DNA of 64,000 nucleotides, from positions 20,823 through 84,822 of the forward strand of contig JAZDJN010000010.1 of assembly GCA_043803945.1 (NCBI GenBank). The letters run 5' to 3'. Each line of letters starts with the position of its first letter. The first letter of the stretch is position 1. The notes beneath the pieces were generated by a model. That model saw only the letters and a list, made by a program, of their open reading frames with translations, searched no databases and was not told the origin of the DNA. A program made the translations under genes and the position numbers. Source of the DNA: a bacterium (GTDB lineage Bacteria > Bacteroidota > Ignavibacteria > UBA10030). Below are positions 34,372 through 45,256 of this stretch, in pieces.

Positions 34372-35058
34372 TCACAAATTTAATACTGAGTACGTGATAG
34401 GACCCTGTAGCGAATTCTGATGAGAGGCCGGGCGAATATAATTAAGTTTTCTTATAACATCCGCGATACGATGTGCCCCTTGTTGAATCATTCCTAATAA
34501 TTTCTGACGTTCTTCACTGCCAACCTCTCGACGAACCATAACTTCAACAGCGAGGTTGACAATCGCCAGGGGATTATTTATCTCGTGATGGACGGTATGA
34601 ATAAGCGTTTCAATCGCTTCAAGTTGAATCTCTGTGCGCTGCAATTCTTTATCACTTTTTCGTTGGCAGCTCTTCTCCATCACAAACTGCAACTCTCGTT
34701 CGAGAACAGATTTTTTCAGCAATTCTATTTTATTCACAAAATTATCAGCTCCCATCCTTAGGAAATTCTGCACAACGCGGTAATCTTCGATGGAAGACAT
34801 ACACAGAATTGCTACATCAGCATCCAATTCCCGTATTTTCCCTACCAATTCCGCACCATTGATGCCTGGCAGATGGAAATCGAGTATGATAGCGTCATAC
34901 CGAATGCCGTTGAGCAGCATCTCTTCTCCCTCTTCAGCAGTTTCGAATGAATCGACGAGCCTTACATTCGGCAGAACGTTTTTTATTCTGACAGTCAATG
35001 CCGCTCGGAACGCTGGATCATCCTCGATGACAAGAATTCTTAATAGTTCGTTACGCAT
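34372..35058 (-). CDS. Receiver-domain protein with HisKA dimerisation tail, no ATPase domain
   Basis: VIEDD...LDFHLPGING; tail VHHEINNPLAIV. Confidence 0.88.
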   Translation of the reverse strand: MRNELLRILVIEDDPAFRAALTVRIKNVLPNVRLVDSFETAEEGEEMLLNGIRYDAIILDFHLPGINGAELVGKIRELDADVAILCMSSIEDYRVVQNFLRMGADNFVNKIELLKKSVLERELQFVMEKSCQRKSDKELQRTEIQLEAIETLIHTVHHEINNPLAIVNLAVEVMVRREVGSEERQKLLGMIQQGAHRIADVIRKLNYIRPASHQNSLQGPITYSVLNL

Positions 35059-35110
35059 GAGTAATTACCCTTTTCCGACGATCCTGAAACTTTGGTTTAT
35101 TCTATTACCG

Positions 35111-35128
35111 CTACAGGTAGGATGCCAG
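35111..35128 (-). promoter_or_regulatory. Putative sigma54 (-24/-12) promoter of the four-gene receiver operon
   Basis: CTGGCAT-CCTAC-CTGTAG; one of four matching sites; palindrome AATGTA-AATTC-TACATT at 35229-35245. Confidence 0.6.
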
Positions 35129-35367
35129 CATATCTCTCCACCCAAGCACGAATAGCCGTTGAAAACATTGATTATTAATTGATTTTAAAAGGAAAAACCT
35201 TTGTGTGTGCATTAAAGCATTATTCTAAAATGTAAATTCTACATTGAGGAAGTGTCGCAGATCGAGAGGTGTTAGTTTCACTTTACCGGAATAAACGTAA
35301 TCACTCAGTATGCTATTTGCGATTTTTTTATGAAAGATATTCAATTGATGAATCACCGTTATCTTCT

Positions 35368-35427
35368 GACTCATCCCCCCATCCCCCTTCTCTATTCTTA
35401 GAGAAGGGGGAGAAAGGGGGTTGAGTC
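35368..35427. repeat. REP-like palindrome H1 (uninterrupted copy)
   Basis: GACTCATCCCCCC-A-TCCCCCTTCTCTA-TTCT-TAGAGAAGGGGGA-GAAA-GGGGGTTGAGTC; related copies at 45084 and 53021. Confidence 0.9.
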
Positions 35428-35594
35428 CGAAAAACGGCTTTTCAATCATCCCAATAGTTATTACGTAAACAACTGAAAAGTACGCTGAGCAGTTACGAAT
35501 AAACAATGACTTTCGTTGAGTGAATTCCATTACGTCCCTTAATAATCGAGACGAAGTTGCGCCGACTTTCTATCTGCTCCAAATCGCTTACTGG

Positions 35595-38500
35595 TTATCC
35601 ATTGTCGAGCACGTTGCGTATCGCGCGGAGAACTACATTTGGATTATATGGTTTCTGTATGAATCCTTTCACCCCTTCTTTCAATATCTGTTCCTTCATC
35701 CCGGGTTCAATAAATCCGCTGGCGAGAATCATAGGAAGACCGGGATTCAACGCCTTCAGCTTTCGATACAGTTCATCACCGCTAAACTTCGGCAATCCAA
35801 GATCGGAGATCACCAACGCAATTTCTTTCTGATGTCGCTGATATGCGCCCAATCCTTCCTCACCATCCCCCGCTGTCAACACCGTGTACCCTTCCGATGC
35901 GAGAATTACTTTCACTAGTTCTCTCAGCAACTCTTCATCTTCGACCACGAGGATGGTCTCGCTGCCGCCGGGAATTTCCTCAGTCGTACGTTCTTGCACC
36001 TGTGTGAGCTCCAGTGTCTTGTATGGCACGGGAAAGCAACATTGGAATGTCGTTCCTTTGCCGAGATCACTCTTGACGGAGACAAATCCGTTATGGCTCT
36101 CCATGATCCCAAAGACTAACGAGAGACCCAATCCGGTTCCCTTGCCGCGCTCTTTTGTTGTAAAGAATGGCTCAAAGATGCGGCGCTGCGTCTCTTCGTC
36201 TATTCCCGTACCGGAATCAGCCACGCTGAGAACAACGTATTCCTGGTCGGTGGCTCTTGGATATTTGTCACGCAATGCCTCGCCCGATTCGGTATGTGTG
36301 GAGATCGTGAGCGTTCCACCGCTCGGCATGGCATCGCGCGCGTTCACACAAAGATTCAGCAAAACCTGATGGACTTGTGTTGCATCCGCTTCAATCAACG
36401 GTGAGTCGTTCTCAAGTTGAAGATCAATAGTAATCGTCCTGGGAAATGTTTCGTGGAGGAGTTTGATAACCTCGTTGACAACATTATTGAGTGTGACGGA
36501 CTCGATGAGTACATCAGTCTTTCTCGCGAAGGTAAGCATTTGTTTCACCAGATTGGCTCCCCTCATGGCTGCCTTCCTTATGGCTTCGACATTCTGTTGA
36601 ATGGTTGAACAATCAGCAGGAAGTCGTTCAAGTAATGCCGCATGACCGATGATGATGCCGAGGATGTTGTTGAAATCGTGTGCAATACCGCTGGCAAGTG
36701 TCCCCAGGCTTTCAAGTTTCTGGGCTTGCTGGAGCTGCGCCTCCAGGTATTTCTTTTGGTTTTCATTCACTTTTCGCTCAGTGATATCGCGCAGAGTGCC
36801 TATAATTTTTTTCGGATGCCCTTGAGCATCGAACTGGATCTTCGATGAAATAGAACATGGGATCTGTGAATCATCGCGGTTTTTGAGCGTGATCTCAAAA
36901 TCCGTAACTCTGCCGCGTTCCTGCAAAACCGCCAGGAGAGCTTCCCGCTCGCCGGGATTTGAATAAAAATCGTACATCGACTTTCCAAAGAGATCATTCC
37001 TATGATACTGTCCTTTCGACATGACCTCAATGGAAGGACTGACTTCGAGGATCGTTCCATCAATAGCTGCCTCGTAGAACACATCCTGCACATTTTCAAA
37101 GATGCCCCGATATTTTTCTTCGCTCTTCCTCAGCGCTTCCTCAACCCGCTTGCGCTCGGTTACGTCATGGATAACGCCAAGTATATATTTACCATCCTGG
37201 AGTTCGATGATCTCGCCGGATATCAGAGTATCCCGGATCTCGCCTGACTTGACGCGAAACTTCACCTCCAGGTTACGCACGCGTCCGTCACGCATCAGGA
37301 TGTTAATATACTGGTCGCGTGCCGCCGGGTCAGCCCAGAATTGCAATTCGTTTGTTCTCTTTCCAATAATTTCATCCTGAGTATAGCCAGTTGCCTCATA
37401 CAATTTTTCGTTTACCTCGACAAGCCGTCCTTCAGCTAGCGAAGTCAATACGATGATATCCGGGCTGCTTCGAAACGCCTTAGCAAATTTCTCCTCGGAT
37501 ATATGCAGCGCCTCCTCTGCGCGCTTGCTCGCCTGTTCGGCGAGCTTGCGTTCGGTGATGTCAATAATTACACCTTTCAGTTGAACAATTTTATCGTCTT
37601 CAACAACCGGAACCACATTGGTTTGAATCCATTTAATCGTCCCATCGGTTAGAATTAACCGTACTTCAAGACTGAAAGATTTTCTATTCTTGAATAGGTG
37701 TGCATGATTTTCGTCGAGAATATGAACATCCTCCGGATGAATTTTACTTCTGAAATACTCGAAGGATGGTTCAATTTCAAAGGGCTGTAATCCAAGAATG
37801 TTATAATAATTGTTGGACCATCTGTTCTCCTGAGTAACCATGTCCCATTCCCAACTACCCATTTTGCCAATGCGTTGTGCCTCGTTCAAGCGCACATCGC
37901 TCTCACGTAACGCTTCTACCGCTTCTTGTCGTTTTTTTTCCGTTTCGATTGTTTCTAATGCAAACGAAATATCGTTTATTACTTCATCCAGCAATTCAAT
38001 TTCTTCCTGATCAAAGAAAAGCGATGTGGGTGCGTAAAGACTGAAAGCGCCGATGACTTTTCCAAACAATTTTATCGGTAATGCAATCGAAGAACGATAG
38101 CCGCGCTTTAGTGCTTCATCTTTCCAGGGCGCCATCTTTGGGTCATTCTCTATGTCATTGCATACATAATGATTTCCTTCGCGGATTGCGGCACCTGTTG
38201 ATCCTCGTCCTTCGGGCGTATCGCAGACAGAAATCTTTTTGATCTTGGAAAGATAACCATCCTCAATTCCTGCAAAAGTGAACGTGTTCACAAGTTTAGT
38301 TTCTTCATCAACTAATCCAATCCACGACATCTGGAATTTCCCATGCTCGACTGCAATACGACATGCTTCTTGGAAGAGTCTCTCTTTGTCTCGAACCCTG
38401 ACAATCGCTTGATTAATCTGACTGATAACTGCATAGATACGACTCGCCTTGAGGATTTTTTCCTCCGCCCGCTTGCGCTCGGTGATGTCACGTATGAAAA

Positions 38501-39371
38501 CTGTCACTCCAACAATTTCTTCATGTTGATAGATCGGATTCCAACTGAACTCATAATAAATATCGGAATCTGGTTGATGTTGTGTTTCCGAAAATGCTTC
38601 TCCGTGTAACGCACGATCTATGCTTTGTTTTGCCAGTGCTCGAAACTCCGGCAATTGCATGCAATCAAGCAGATTCATTCCGATGTTGATATCAGCGTTC
38701 CATACTCGTTTCATTTCCTCCCGATGCTTTTCATTAAATATGGTATAGCAGTAATTTATATCCAGGGAGAAGATTATGATATCGCTTGCGCTATTGATCA
38801 AAGCGGTAAGCAATGCGTATTGGGATTCTAATACTTGTTCTGCGCGTTTCTGCTTTGCAAGTTCTGCATCGAGCTTTATAATCGTCTGCTCCGATTGAAG
38901 CATTTTGTCTTCCAACTTGCGGATCAAGGCTTCATTATACACCTGGTAGAATGTTGCATCTTCTTCTATCGATGGCGGAATCGCTGGTGTCCTGGGTATC
39001 TTTTTCTCCTTAAGGACTTCTTGCACGGTGGCAACGAGCTCTGAATGCTCTATCGGCTTTATCATAAACCTCGTTGCTCCAAGGCTCATCGCAAAATCCT
39101 CGTCTTCTTGTCTTGTGTAAGTCGCGGTGAAGAAGATAAACGGAATCTTGCGCAATCGCTCGTCCTTCATCCATTCGCGGCAAAGAGCGAAACCGTCCAT
39201 TTTCGGCATCAGAATGTCGGAGACGATAATATCCGGCGGATTTTCCCGCGCGCACACCAACGCCTCCACACCATTGGCAGCTTCCACAACGTTGAATCCG
39301 CTCTTCTCAAAAATGGTAGCGAGGAGATACAGATTTTGCTTATTGTCGTCAACAATCAATATGTTTATCAT
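35595..39371 (-). CDS. Hybrid sensor kinase REC-PAS-GAF-3xPAS-HisKA-HATPase-REC
   Basis: N-terminal REC (IVDD, SDILMPKMDG); DITERK PAC motifs; [10 protein letters not shown]; [10 protein letters not shown]; [16 protein letters not shown]; C-terminal REC. Confidence 0.96.
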   Translation of the reverse strand: MINILIVDDNKQNLYLLATIFEKSGFNVVEAANGVEALVCARENPPDIIVSDILMPKMDGFALCREWMKDERLRKIPFIFFTATYTRQEDEDFAMSLGATRFMIKPIEHSELVATVQEVLKEKKIPRTPAIPPSIEEDATFYQVYNEALIRKLEDKMLQSEQTIIKLDAELAKQKRAEQVLESQYALLTALINSASDIIIFSLDINYCYTIFNEKHREEMKRVWNADINIGMNLLDCMQLPEFRALAKQSIDRALHGEAFSETQHQPDSDIYYEFSWNPIYQHEEIVGVTVFIRDITERKRAEEKILKASRIYAVISQINQAIVRVRDKERLFQEACRIAVEHGKFQMSWIGLVDEETKLVNTFTFAGIEDGYLSKIKKISVCDTPEGRGSTGAAIREGNHYVCNDIENDPKMAPWKDEALKRGYRSSIALPIKLFGKVIGAFSLYAPTSLFFDQEEIELLDEVINDISFALETIETEKKRQEAVEALRESDVRLNEAQRIGKMGSWEWDMVTQENRWSNNYYNILGLQPFEIEPSFEYFRSKIHPEDVHILDENHAHLFKNRKSFSLEVRLILTDGTIKWIQTNVVPVVEDDKIVQLKGVIIDITERKLAEQASKRAEEALHISEEKFAKAFRSSPDIIVLTSLAEGRLVEVNEKLYEATGYTQDEIIGKRTNELQFWADPAARDQYINILMRDGRVRNLEVKFRVKSGEIRDTLISGEIIELQDGKYILGVIHDVTERKRVEEALRKSEEKYRGIFENVQDVFYEAAIDGTILEVSPSIEVMSKGQYHRNDLFGKSMYDFYSNPGEREALLAVLQERGRVTDFEITLKNRDDSQIPCSISSKIQFDAQGHPKKIIGTLRDITERKVNENQKKYLEAQLQQAQKLESLGTLASGIAHDFNNILGIIIGHAALLERLPADCSTIQQNVEAIRKAAMRGANLVKQMLTFARKTDVLIESVTLNNVVNEVIKLLHETFPRTITIDLQLENDSPLIEADATQVHQVLLNLCVNARDAMPSGGTLTISTHTESGEALRDKYPRATDQEYVVLSVADSGTGIDEETQRRIFEPFFTTKERGKGTGLGLSLVFGIMESHNGFVSVKSDLGKGTTFQCCFPVPYKTLELTQVQERTTEEIPGGSETILVVEDEELLRELVKVILASEGYTVLTAGDGEEGLGAYQRHQKEIALVISDLGLPKFSGDELYRKLKALNPGLPMILASGFIEPGMKEQILKEGVKGFIQKPYNPNVVLRAIRNVLDNG

Positions 39372-39513
39372 CCTTATCCTCGCAATTTGAATGTGGTCAT
39401 AGAAAGCTGGAGCAAAAGCTTCAGAACGAAGTCATGAAGTCCGGCGAATTCTAGATGTATTTTTGTGTCTTCGGATTTCTTTGAGGCAAAATAAAAGGAT
39501 TCCTTCCGAGTTT

Positions 39514-39876
39514 CTACCTCAAATATTTCTTGATATCTGTAATGAACGTTTCCGGATTTATCGGTTTTTCGATGTAGCCGGTGCAGCCTTCAGCAAGTCC
39601 ACGCTCTCGATCCCCGGCCATTGCATAGGAAGTTACGGCTATGATGGGAACGTTGTCTAACGCCCTGTTCTTTCGTAACTCCGCGGCAACGGTATACCCA
39701 TCCACGCCGGGCAATTGTATATCGAGCAAAATCAGAGCCGGTTCGATCTGGCTGGCAAGTTCGATTCCCCGCATTCCATCCACTGCCGAAACGACTTTGA
39801 AACCATTGCTTTCCAGAATGTACGTGACAAGATATCGATTTTGTTCGTTGTCTTCGATAAGAAGTATTTTCTTCAT
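39514..39876 (-). CDS. Single-domain response regulator (DivK/CheY-like)
   Basis: LIEDNEQN...LLDIQLPGVDG...AVTSYAMAGDRE...YIEKPI; overlaps the stop of the upstream kinase. Confidence 0.95.
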   Translation of the reverse strand: MKKILLIEDNEQNRYLVTYILESNGFKVVSAVDGMRGIELASQIEPALILLDIQLPGVDGYTVAAELRKNRALDNVPIIAVTSYAMAGDRERGLAEGCTGYIEKPINPETFITDIKKYLR

Positions 39877-42800
39877 TTTATCTCCTTTGCTAAGGGCAAT
39901 GTGAACGTAAAGGTGCTTCCCATGCCATACTCGCTTTCCACGGTGATTGTCCCACCCAAAAGTTCTAATAAGTTTTTGCAGATGGAAAGTCCTAAGCCCG
40001 TCCCTTCGTAGCTTCGAGTCAGACCGGTTTCCATCTGCTGGAACGGCTGGAACAATTTATCTATGTTTTCCGCGCGAATGCCGATTCCTGTGTCGCGCAC
40101 GCTCGTTTCGATCCAACCGTCACGTCCCCGGCAAGTGATATGGATTTCTCCCCGCTCAGTGAACTTGATCGCGTTATTGATCAGGTTGATGAGAATCTGT
40201 TCCACCCGGCGCTGATCGCTGACGATCACTCCGACATCCAATCCAATCTCCATTCTGAGCGAGATACCTTTTTTTTCAGCGGCGGGCAGCGACGTCTCCA
40301 CGACGGTTAAGAATATCATTCGAAGATCAAACGGTTTCTTGCTGATCTGAAGTTGTCCGGCTTCAATTTTGGAAATGTCGAGCACGTCATTAATCAGTTC
40401 AAGCAAATGGTGTGCGCTTCCGCTGACCATCGTAAGCTGTTTCGATTGCTCTTCGTTCAACGGTCCCGCCATTCTCTGGAGAAGGACACTGGAGAATCCG
40501 ATAATGGAGTTGAGCGGCGTGCGCAATTCGTGTGACATAGCAGCAAGAAACTCCGACTTTATACGGTCGGCATCCTGCGCATTCTCCATTGCAAGTGTGA
40601 GTTCTCTCGTCCGCTCGGCCACGCGCTGTTCGAGCTCTGCATTGAGCCGCTTGAGTCCTTCCTCAGCCTGCTTGCGCTCGGTGATCACATCAAACACAGC
40701 GATAAAATATTCTTTTTGATTACTGTATACAGCGATTGAAAACCACATATCGAGTGTAGGCAAATAACTTTCAAATCGTTCCGGCTTACCTGTTAAAGCA
40801 ACTCTACCGTAAAGCTCTAACAATTCCGGGTTAGATTCTTTTATACCGGGAATTACTTCTGAAACTTTTTTTCCGGTAACATTTATTAATCCTGTTAGTT
40901 CTTCAAATTTGTGGTTGACATCAAGGTAAACAAAATCTTGTGGATGTCCGTCTTCGAATAACATTTTGCAATAGGCAAAACCTTCCAGCATGTTCTCGAA
41001 CAGTGAATGGTATTTTTCTTCACTTTCACGAATTGCTTCTTCTGCTTTTTTACGTTCGGTGACATCTTGAAGAACTCCAAGACTTCCGATAATTTTTCCT
41101 TCCTGGTCTTTGATCTGAGACGCGGTATCATTTATCCAACGAATTTCACCGTTTCGTGTCTTAATCTTATAATCAGCAAGCCAATGTGAACGTTTACCTT
41201 CCCTTACTAATTGTCCTGCTTCTTCGATAGTTAATCCCGCACATTCCTCCAACATTATTACTTCCTGTCGAAGTTCCTTCCATAGCGATGGAATGAATTC
41301 TTCGACAGAATACCCTGTGTAATTGATGATATCTTCTCCAATAAAATTATAGAAATCTTCATGATAATATCGAATATAGGGAACTGCTTTAGCTTGTATA
41401 AGAGCCTGCCGGTATTGTTTGTGGGTCTCATCTAAAACTTCTTCCGCCCGCTTGCGCTCGGTGATATCGCGTGCCATTGCAAAGATCAGCTTTTCATCAA
41501 CCAATGGATAGGAGCTCCAGGATATCCATTTGTAAGAGCCATCTTTGCAAAGATAACGGTTATCAAAGGTCATGACTGTTTTACCTTCGGAAAGACCACT
41601 TGCAGCGTTTATAGTCGGTTCACGGTCATCAGGATGAACAAACTCAATGTATGGCTTCGACTTGAGTTCTTCATTTTTCCAGCCAAGAGTCTTTTCCCAC
41701 GCAGGATTGAGCTGTTTGAAGTACCCGTCAAAACCAGAAATGCTCAGCATATCGATCGAAAGGTTGAACATACGGTCGCGGTCCATCTCTATCTTCCTAC
41801 GCTCGGTGATGACTTCTGAGAAGAGAATAATTCCGCTGATTTCATTATTGTGTTCGTACCACGGACGAATTTCCCAGCGAACCCAGTCTAACTTTCCACT
41901 CATACGCGGGAAGGGATCTGCATCAGCTCTTTCCGTTTCTCCCGCCAGACAACGCTTGTGGATTTCTTTCCATCGTTCGGGAATCTCCGGGAAGATTTCG
42001 TAATGAGAACGGCCGACTACGTCCTGTTCGCCTAAGTCATAGTCGATGAGGTAGCGGCGGCTTGCAACAATATACTTCATCTCGCTATCAAACATGGCAA
42101 TAGCTGCCGGTGAATGCTCAACAAAAAGTCTAAGCACAGCCTCGTTTCTTTGAATCGTTTCTTCCGCGCGCTTACGCTCGGTGATGTCAATGAACGTTGC
42201 CAGAAAGTTGTCATCTATTGTGATACCGGAAATAATGATTTCACGAACATTGCCATCCCGACAGGTAACATGATATTCTTCAGATTCGATATCCGTGCCC
42301 GTTTCCGCAGCGCGTTGGACGGCTGACTCCCAATTTTGGACAACCCATTGCCTGTATTGTACTTCGGGATAGGCATTCGTCCACCATTCGGCGAGGGTTG
42401 GAACATCATCATTCGTATAACCGAAAACTTTTATAAACCGCTCGTTTCTGAAAGTAATCACTCCGTCTTTGTTCACATAGCAAAGAGGTAATGGTGTACT
42501 TTCCAGGAGCTTCCGAAACTTCCCTTCGCTTTCACGTAGCGCTTCTACCGCTTGTTGCCGTTTCTTTTCCGTTTCGATTGTTTCAAGTGCAAACGAAATA
42601 TCGTTGGTTACTTCATCCAACAATTTAATTTCTTCCTGATCGAAGAAATGCGGTGTATGTGCGTAAATACTAAAAGCACCAATTACTTTTCCAAAGAGTT
42701 TTATCGGTAATGCAATCGAAGAACGATACCCCCGCTTTAATGCTTCATCTTTCCATGGTGCCATACGCTGGTCGTTTTCAATATCTTCGCATACAAAATG

Positions 42801-44075
42801 TTTTCCTTCTCTTATTGCTGTTCCTGTTGGTCCGCGTCCTTCAGGAACATCGCTAATGGAAATCTTCCTAATCTTTGTGAGATAACCATCTTCAACTCCA
42901 GCGAACGTTACGGGGTAAACATATTTTGTCCCTTCATCAACTAAACCGAGCCATGCCATCTGGAATTTTCCGTATTCAATAGCTATTCGGCAAGTTTCCT
43001 CGAAAAGTTTATCTCTATCGCGTATTCGAACAATCGCTTGGTTGATCTGACTGATAACTGCATACACACGATTGGCTTTAAGGATTTTTTCTTCGGCTTG
43101 ATTGAGTTCGATTACACGTTGTTCCAGATCGGCGGCGTAGCGCTGAGTGGATTCGTACAGCCGAGCATTCTCGATTGCCAGCGCCGCCAGATTGGCAAGG
43201 GTGCTGCACAGGCTGATCTCTGGCTCGGAGAGCACTCGCGGCTCTTCGGCGGTGGACACGATGATCGTACCCAGCACTTTAGTTCCGGCAATAAGCGGCA
43301 GGTAGAGTATCGAGCGCAAATCCCGTATCTCGGTGACGGCTCGTTCCGCCGGAGTGAGGTCGGCGGTTGCAGTGTCGGGCAGGAAGACAGGCAAGCCGGT
43401 GGTGATTGCTATGCAAATGTGGGGGTGGTCGGCAAGCGGCGCATTGCGCAATTCTTCGGGGAAGTGTGGGGGTAGCGGAGGTGTGGTCGCCCACAGACGC
43501 AACGTTTCTCCCTCGAGTAGATAAATAGCGGAGCTTTTCAGTTCCGTCAGTTCGGCTACACGATCGGTGGTTGTCTGAAGGATGGTACTGAGGTTCAGCG
43601 TGGCAGCAAGCTCCTGACTAATCTTTAACAGTGTAGACAGTTCCACTGAGTGCCGGTGATTTTTTTCTTCCGAAAGCTTGCGCTCGGTGATATTTTGGGC
43701 GATTACCAATGCTGCCTCGCGTTTTTTGTGCTCCACTGAGTGAGATGTGAACTCCACATTAATGATGTGACCGTCTTTCAACTTGAGGCGCCATTCACCT
43801 GAATGCTGCAACTCTGGCCCTTCCTTTGCAGCATCATCGAGCAAGCGTGCAACATCTTCCGCAGGTAGAATGTCTTTCAGTGTCATCTTGAGGAATTCTT
43901 CAAGGGTGTAGCCGTATTTGTCTATAGCGGCACCGTTCACATCGAGAAAGGCAAGTGTCTTGAGATCGTACACCCACATAGGGAGGGGGTGATGGTGGAA
44001 CAGAAGGTGGAAGGTTTCCTCGCTCGACTTAGATTGGGGGGGACGCGTTCTTCGGAGAGATTTTTTGGTTTTCAT
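39873..44075 (-). CDS. Sensor histidine kinase PAS-2xGAF-5xPAS-HisKA-HATPase
   Basis: MSHELRTPLNSIIGF; NLINNAIKFT; DTGIGI; GTGLGL; no TM segment seen. Confidence 0.96.
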   Translation of the reverse strand: MKTKKSLRRTRPPQSKSSEETFHLLFHHHPLPMWVYDLKTLAFLDVNGAAIDKYGYTLEEFLKMTLKDILPAEDVARLLDDAAKEGPELQHSGEWRLKLKDGHIINVEFTSHSVEHKKREAALVIAQNITERKLSEEKNHRHSVELSTLLKISQELAATLNLSTILQTTTDRVAELTELKSSAIYLLEGETLRLWATTPPLPPHFPEELRNAPLADHPHICIAITTGLPVFLPDTATADLTPAERAVTEIRDLRSILYLPLIAGTKVLGTIIVSTAEEPRVLSEPEISLCSTLANLAALAIENARLYESTQRYAADLEQRVIELNQAEEKILKANRVYAVISQINQAIVRIRDRDKLFEETCRIAIEYGKFQMAWLGLVDEGTKYVYPVTFAGVEDGYLTKIRKISISDVPEGRGPTGTAIREGKHFVCEDIENDQRMAPWKDEALKRGYRSSIALPIKLFGKVIGAFSIYAHTPHFFDQEEIKLLDEVTNDISFALETIETEKKRQQAVEALRESEGKFRKLLESTPLPLCYVNKDGVITFRNERFIKVFGYTNDDVPTLAEWWTNAYPEVQYRQWVVQNWESAVQRAAETGTDIESEEYHVTCRDGNVREIIISGITIDDNFLATFIDITERKRAEETIQRNEAVLRLFVEHSPAAIAMFDSEMKYIVASRRYLIDYDLGEQDVVGRSHYEIFPEIPERWKEIHKRCLAGETERADADPFPRMSGKLDWVRWEIRPWYEHNNEISGIILFSEVITERRKIEMDRDRMFNLSIDMLSISGFDGYFKQLNPAWEKTLGWKNEELKSKPYIEFVHPDDREPTINAASGLSEGKTVMTFDNRYLCKDGSYKWISWSSYPLVDEKLIFAMARDITERKRAEEVLDETHKQYRQALIQAKAVPYIRYYHEDFYNFIGEDIINYTGYSVEEFIPSLWKELRQEVIMLEECAGLTIEEAGQLVREGKRSHWLADYKIKTRNGEIRWINDTASQIKDQEGKIIGSLGVLQDVTERKKAEEAIRESEEKYHSLFENMLEGFAYCKMLFEDGHPQDFVYLDVNHKFEELTGLINVTGKKVSEVIPGIKESNPELLELYGRVALTGKPERFESYLPTLDMWFSIAVYSNQKEYFIAVFDVITERKQAEEGLKRLNAELEQRVAERTRELTLAMENAQDADRIKSEFLAAMSHELRTPLNSIIGFSSVLLQRMAGPLNEEQSKQLTMVSGSAHHLLELINDVLDISKIEAGQLQISKKPFDLRMIFLTVVETSLPAAEKKGISLRMEIGLDVGVIVSDQRRVEQILINLINNAIKFTERGEIHITCRGRDGWIETSVRDTGIGIRAENIDKLFQPFQQMETGLTRSYEGTGLGLSICKNLLELLGGTITVESEYGMGSTFTFTLPLAKEIK

Positions 44076-44452
44076 GGCTCATCTCCAAGTGTGCATAAGT
44101 GGGGCGCAATTTCACCTAATGTTTCATAGTTGCATTGTGTGTTCGTTACAAAATGATCTATGTAAATACATGGCTATTCCGCTTCTTCTACTTAAACACA
44201 AAAACCTCTTTCATTGTTGTAAACAATTCCAGAGGTTTCCTAACAAAATAGTACGGGAGTTGCACTGTTCACTCCATTGATAAAACCGAATACCCCTCCA
44301 CCCTAATCTCCATCAGAGCATTATCATACTACATAATGTAGTGATCGTTGAAGCCACTATCAATACAATCAATACTCAGATGATTTATAACGTTGGGTAG
44401 GATGTAAGGGCAGATAAGCGGAACGACCGGGTGTAATCGTTGCCGGATTTAT

Positions 44453-44779
44453 TTATGTCCCCAGGCAAACAAGGCGAATAAGTCGAATAGACTCTGTATT
44501 GCGGAGATGAACCAACTCGGTAGACCGTGTTGTCATCGCGATAATCTCCTTATCTTCACGATGAATTTCAATCAACATAGCGCTCGAAGACTGTACCTCT
44601 ATTCCATCTGGTTTGATTTCTGGACTTCTCATCGCCGATCTCACTGTATCGCTTCTACTAAAAACCGTGTTAAATCCAGAGACCACTTGAACTGTCACAA
44701 GTGCATCAGCCCTCGCTCTGTTCTGGGCATAAGACTCGATTGCAAGCAGCAGCAGAATACTAACGATAATTGTCTTCAT
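44453..44779 (-). CDS. Small secreted hypothetical protein
   Basis: Start likely ATG 44779 (GGAG RBS); signal peptide MKTIIVSILLLLAIESYA-Q. Confidence 0.7.
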   Translation of the reverse strand: MKTIIVSILLLLAIESYAQNRARADALVTVQVVSGFNTVFSRSDTVRSAMRSPEIKPDGIEVQSSSAMLIEIHREDKEIIAMTTRSTELVHLRNTESIRLIRLVCLGT

Positions 44780-44802
44780 GATGATCTCCGTTTCCTGAAG
44801 AC

Positions 44803-44820
44803 CTTCACGATCAGTGCCAG
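44803..44820 (-). promoter_or_regulatory. Putative sigma54 promoter
   Basis: CTGGCAC-TGATC-GTGAAG; upstream site TGAAGGTTCTACA at 44922-44934. Confidence 0.5.
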
Positions 44821-45083
44821 TATTCCTCAAACGATAGAAGGAAAAAAGTGAGGAGGTGCCAATAGAATAAGAGATTTCTGAATGTGCTACTGACTATAGT
44901 TAGTCGAGCTGGTGTTTTCCTTGAAGGTTCTACAATCGGTGAATGGGGGTGTAAGGGATGAGTCAGATAAGAAGAATTAACAATGCTCTAGGACCTTTTC
45001 GAGAAGCTTCTTCTCGCACAATGCTCGCAAAGAAGCGCAACGCTCGCTACAATGATGTAACTTTTTAATACGCTGTGAGACTT

Positions 45084-45205
45084 ACTCAACCCCCTTAATC
45101 CCCCTTCTCTAAGTTTTAGAGAAGGGGGTATGCCTGCTCGCCGACTTGTCCACCGAAGTTCGAAGAACGGAGGTGGAAGCGGGAGCGTAGGCGAGGGGGA
45201 TGAGT
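45084..45205. repeat. REP-like palindrome H2 carrying two nested micro-insertions (45133-45195 outer, 45145-45177 inner)
   Basis: Same arms as H1/H3; the 30-nt insert of H3 is present but split by an extra 33 nt. Confidence 0.9.
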
Positions 45206-45256
45206 CAGATAAGCAGAAATATTTAACCTTTACGTGACACTCTATCACGTTCTCTC

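Noticed and set aside
44328-44342. Palindrome ACTACAT-A-ATGTAGT as an NrdR box or bEBP site
   Set aside because: Spacing does not fit the 16-bp NrdR box, no nrd genes are nearby, half-site order is opposite to the TGTA-N5-TACA motif, and it occurs once
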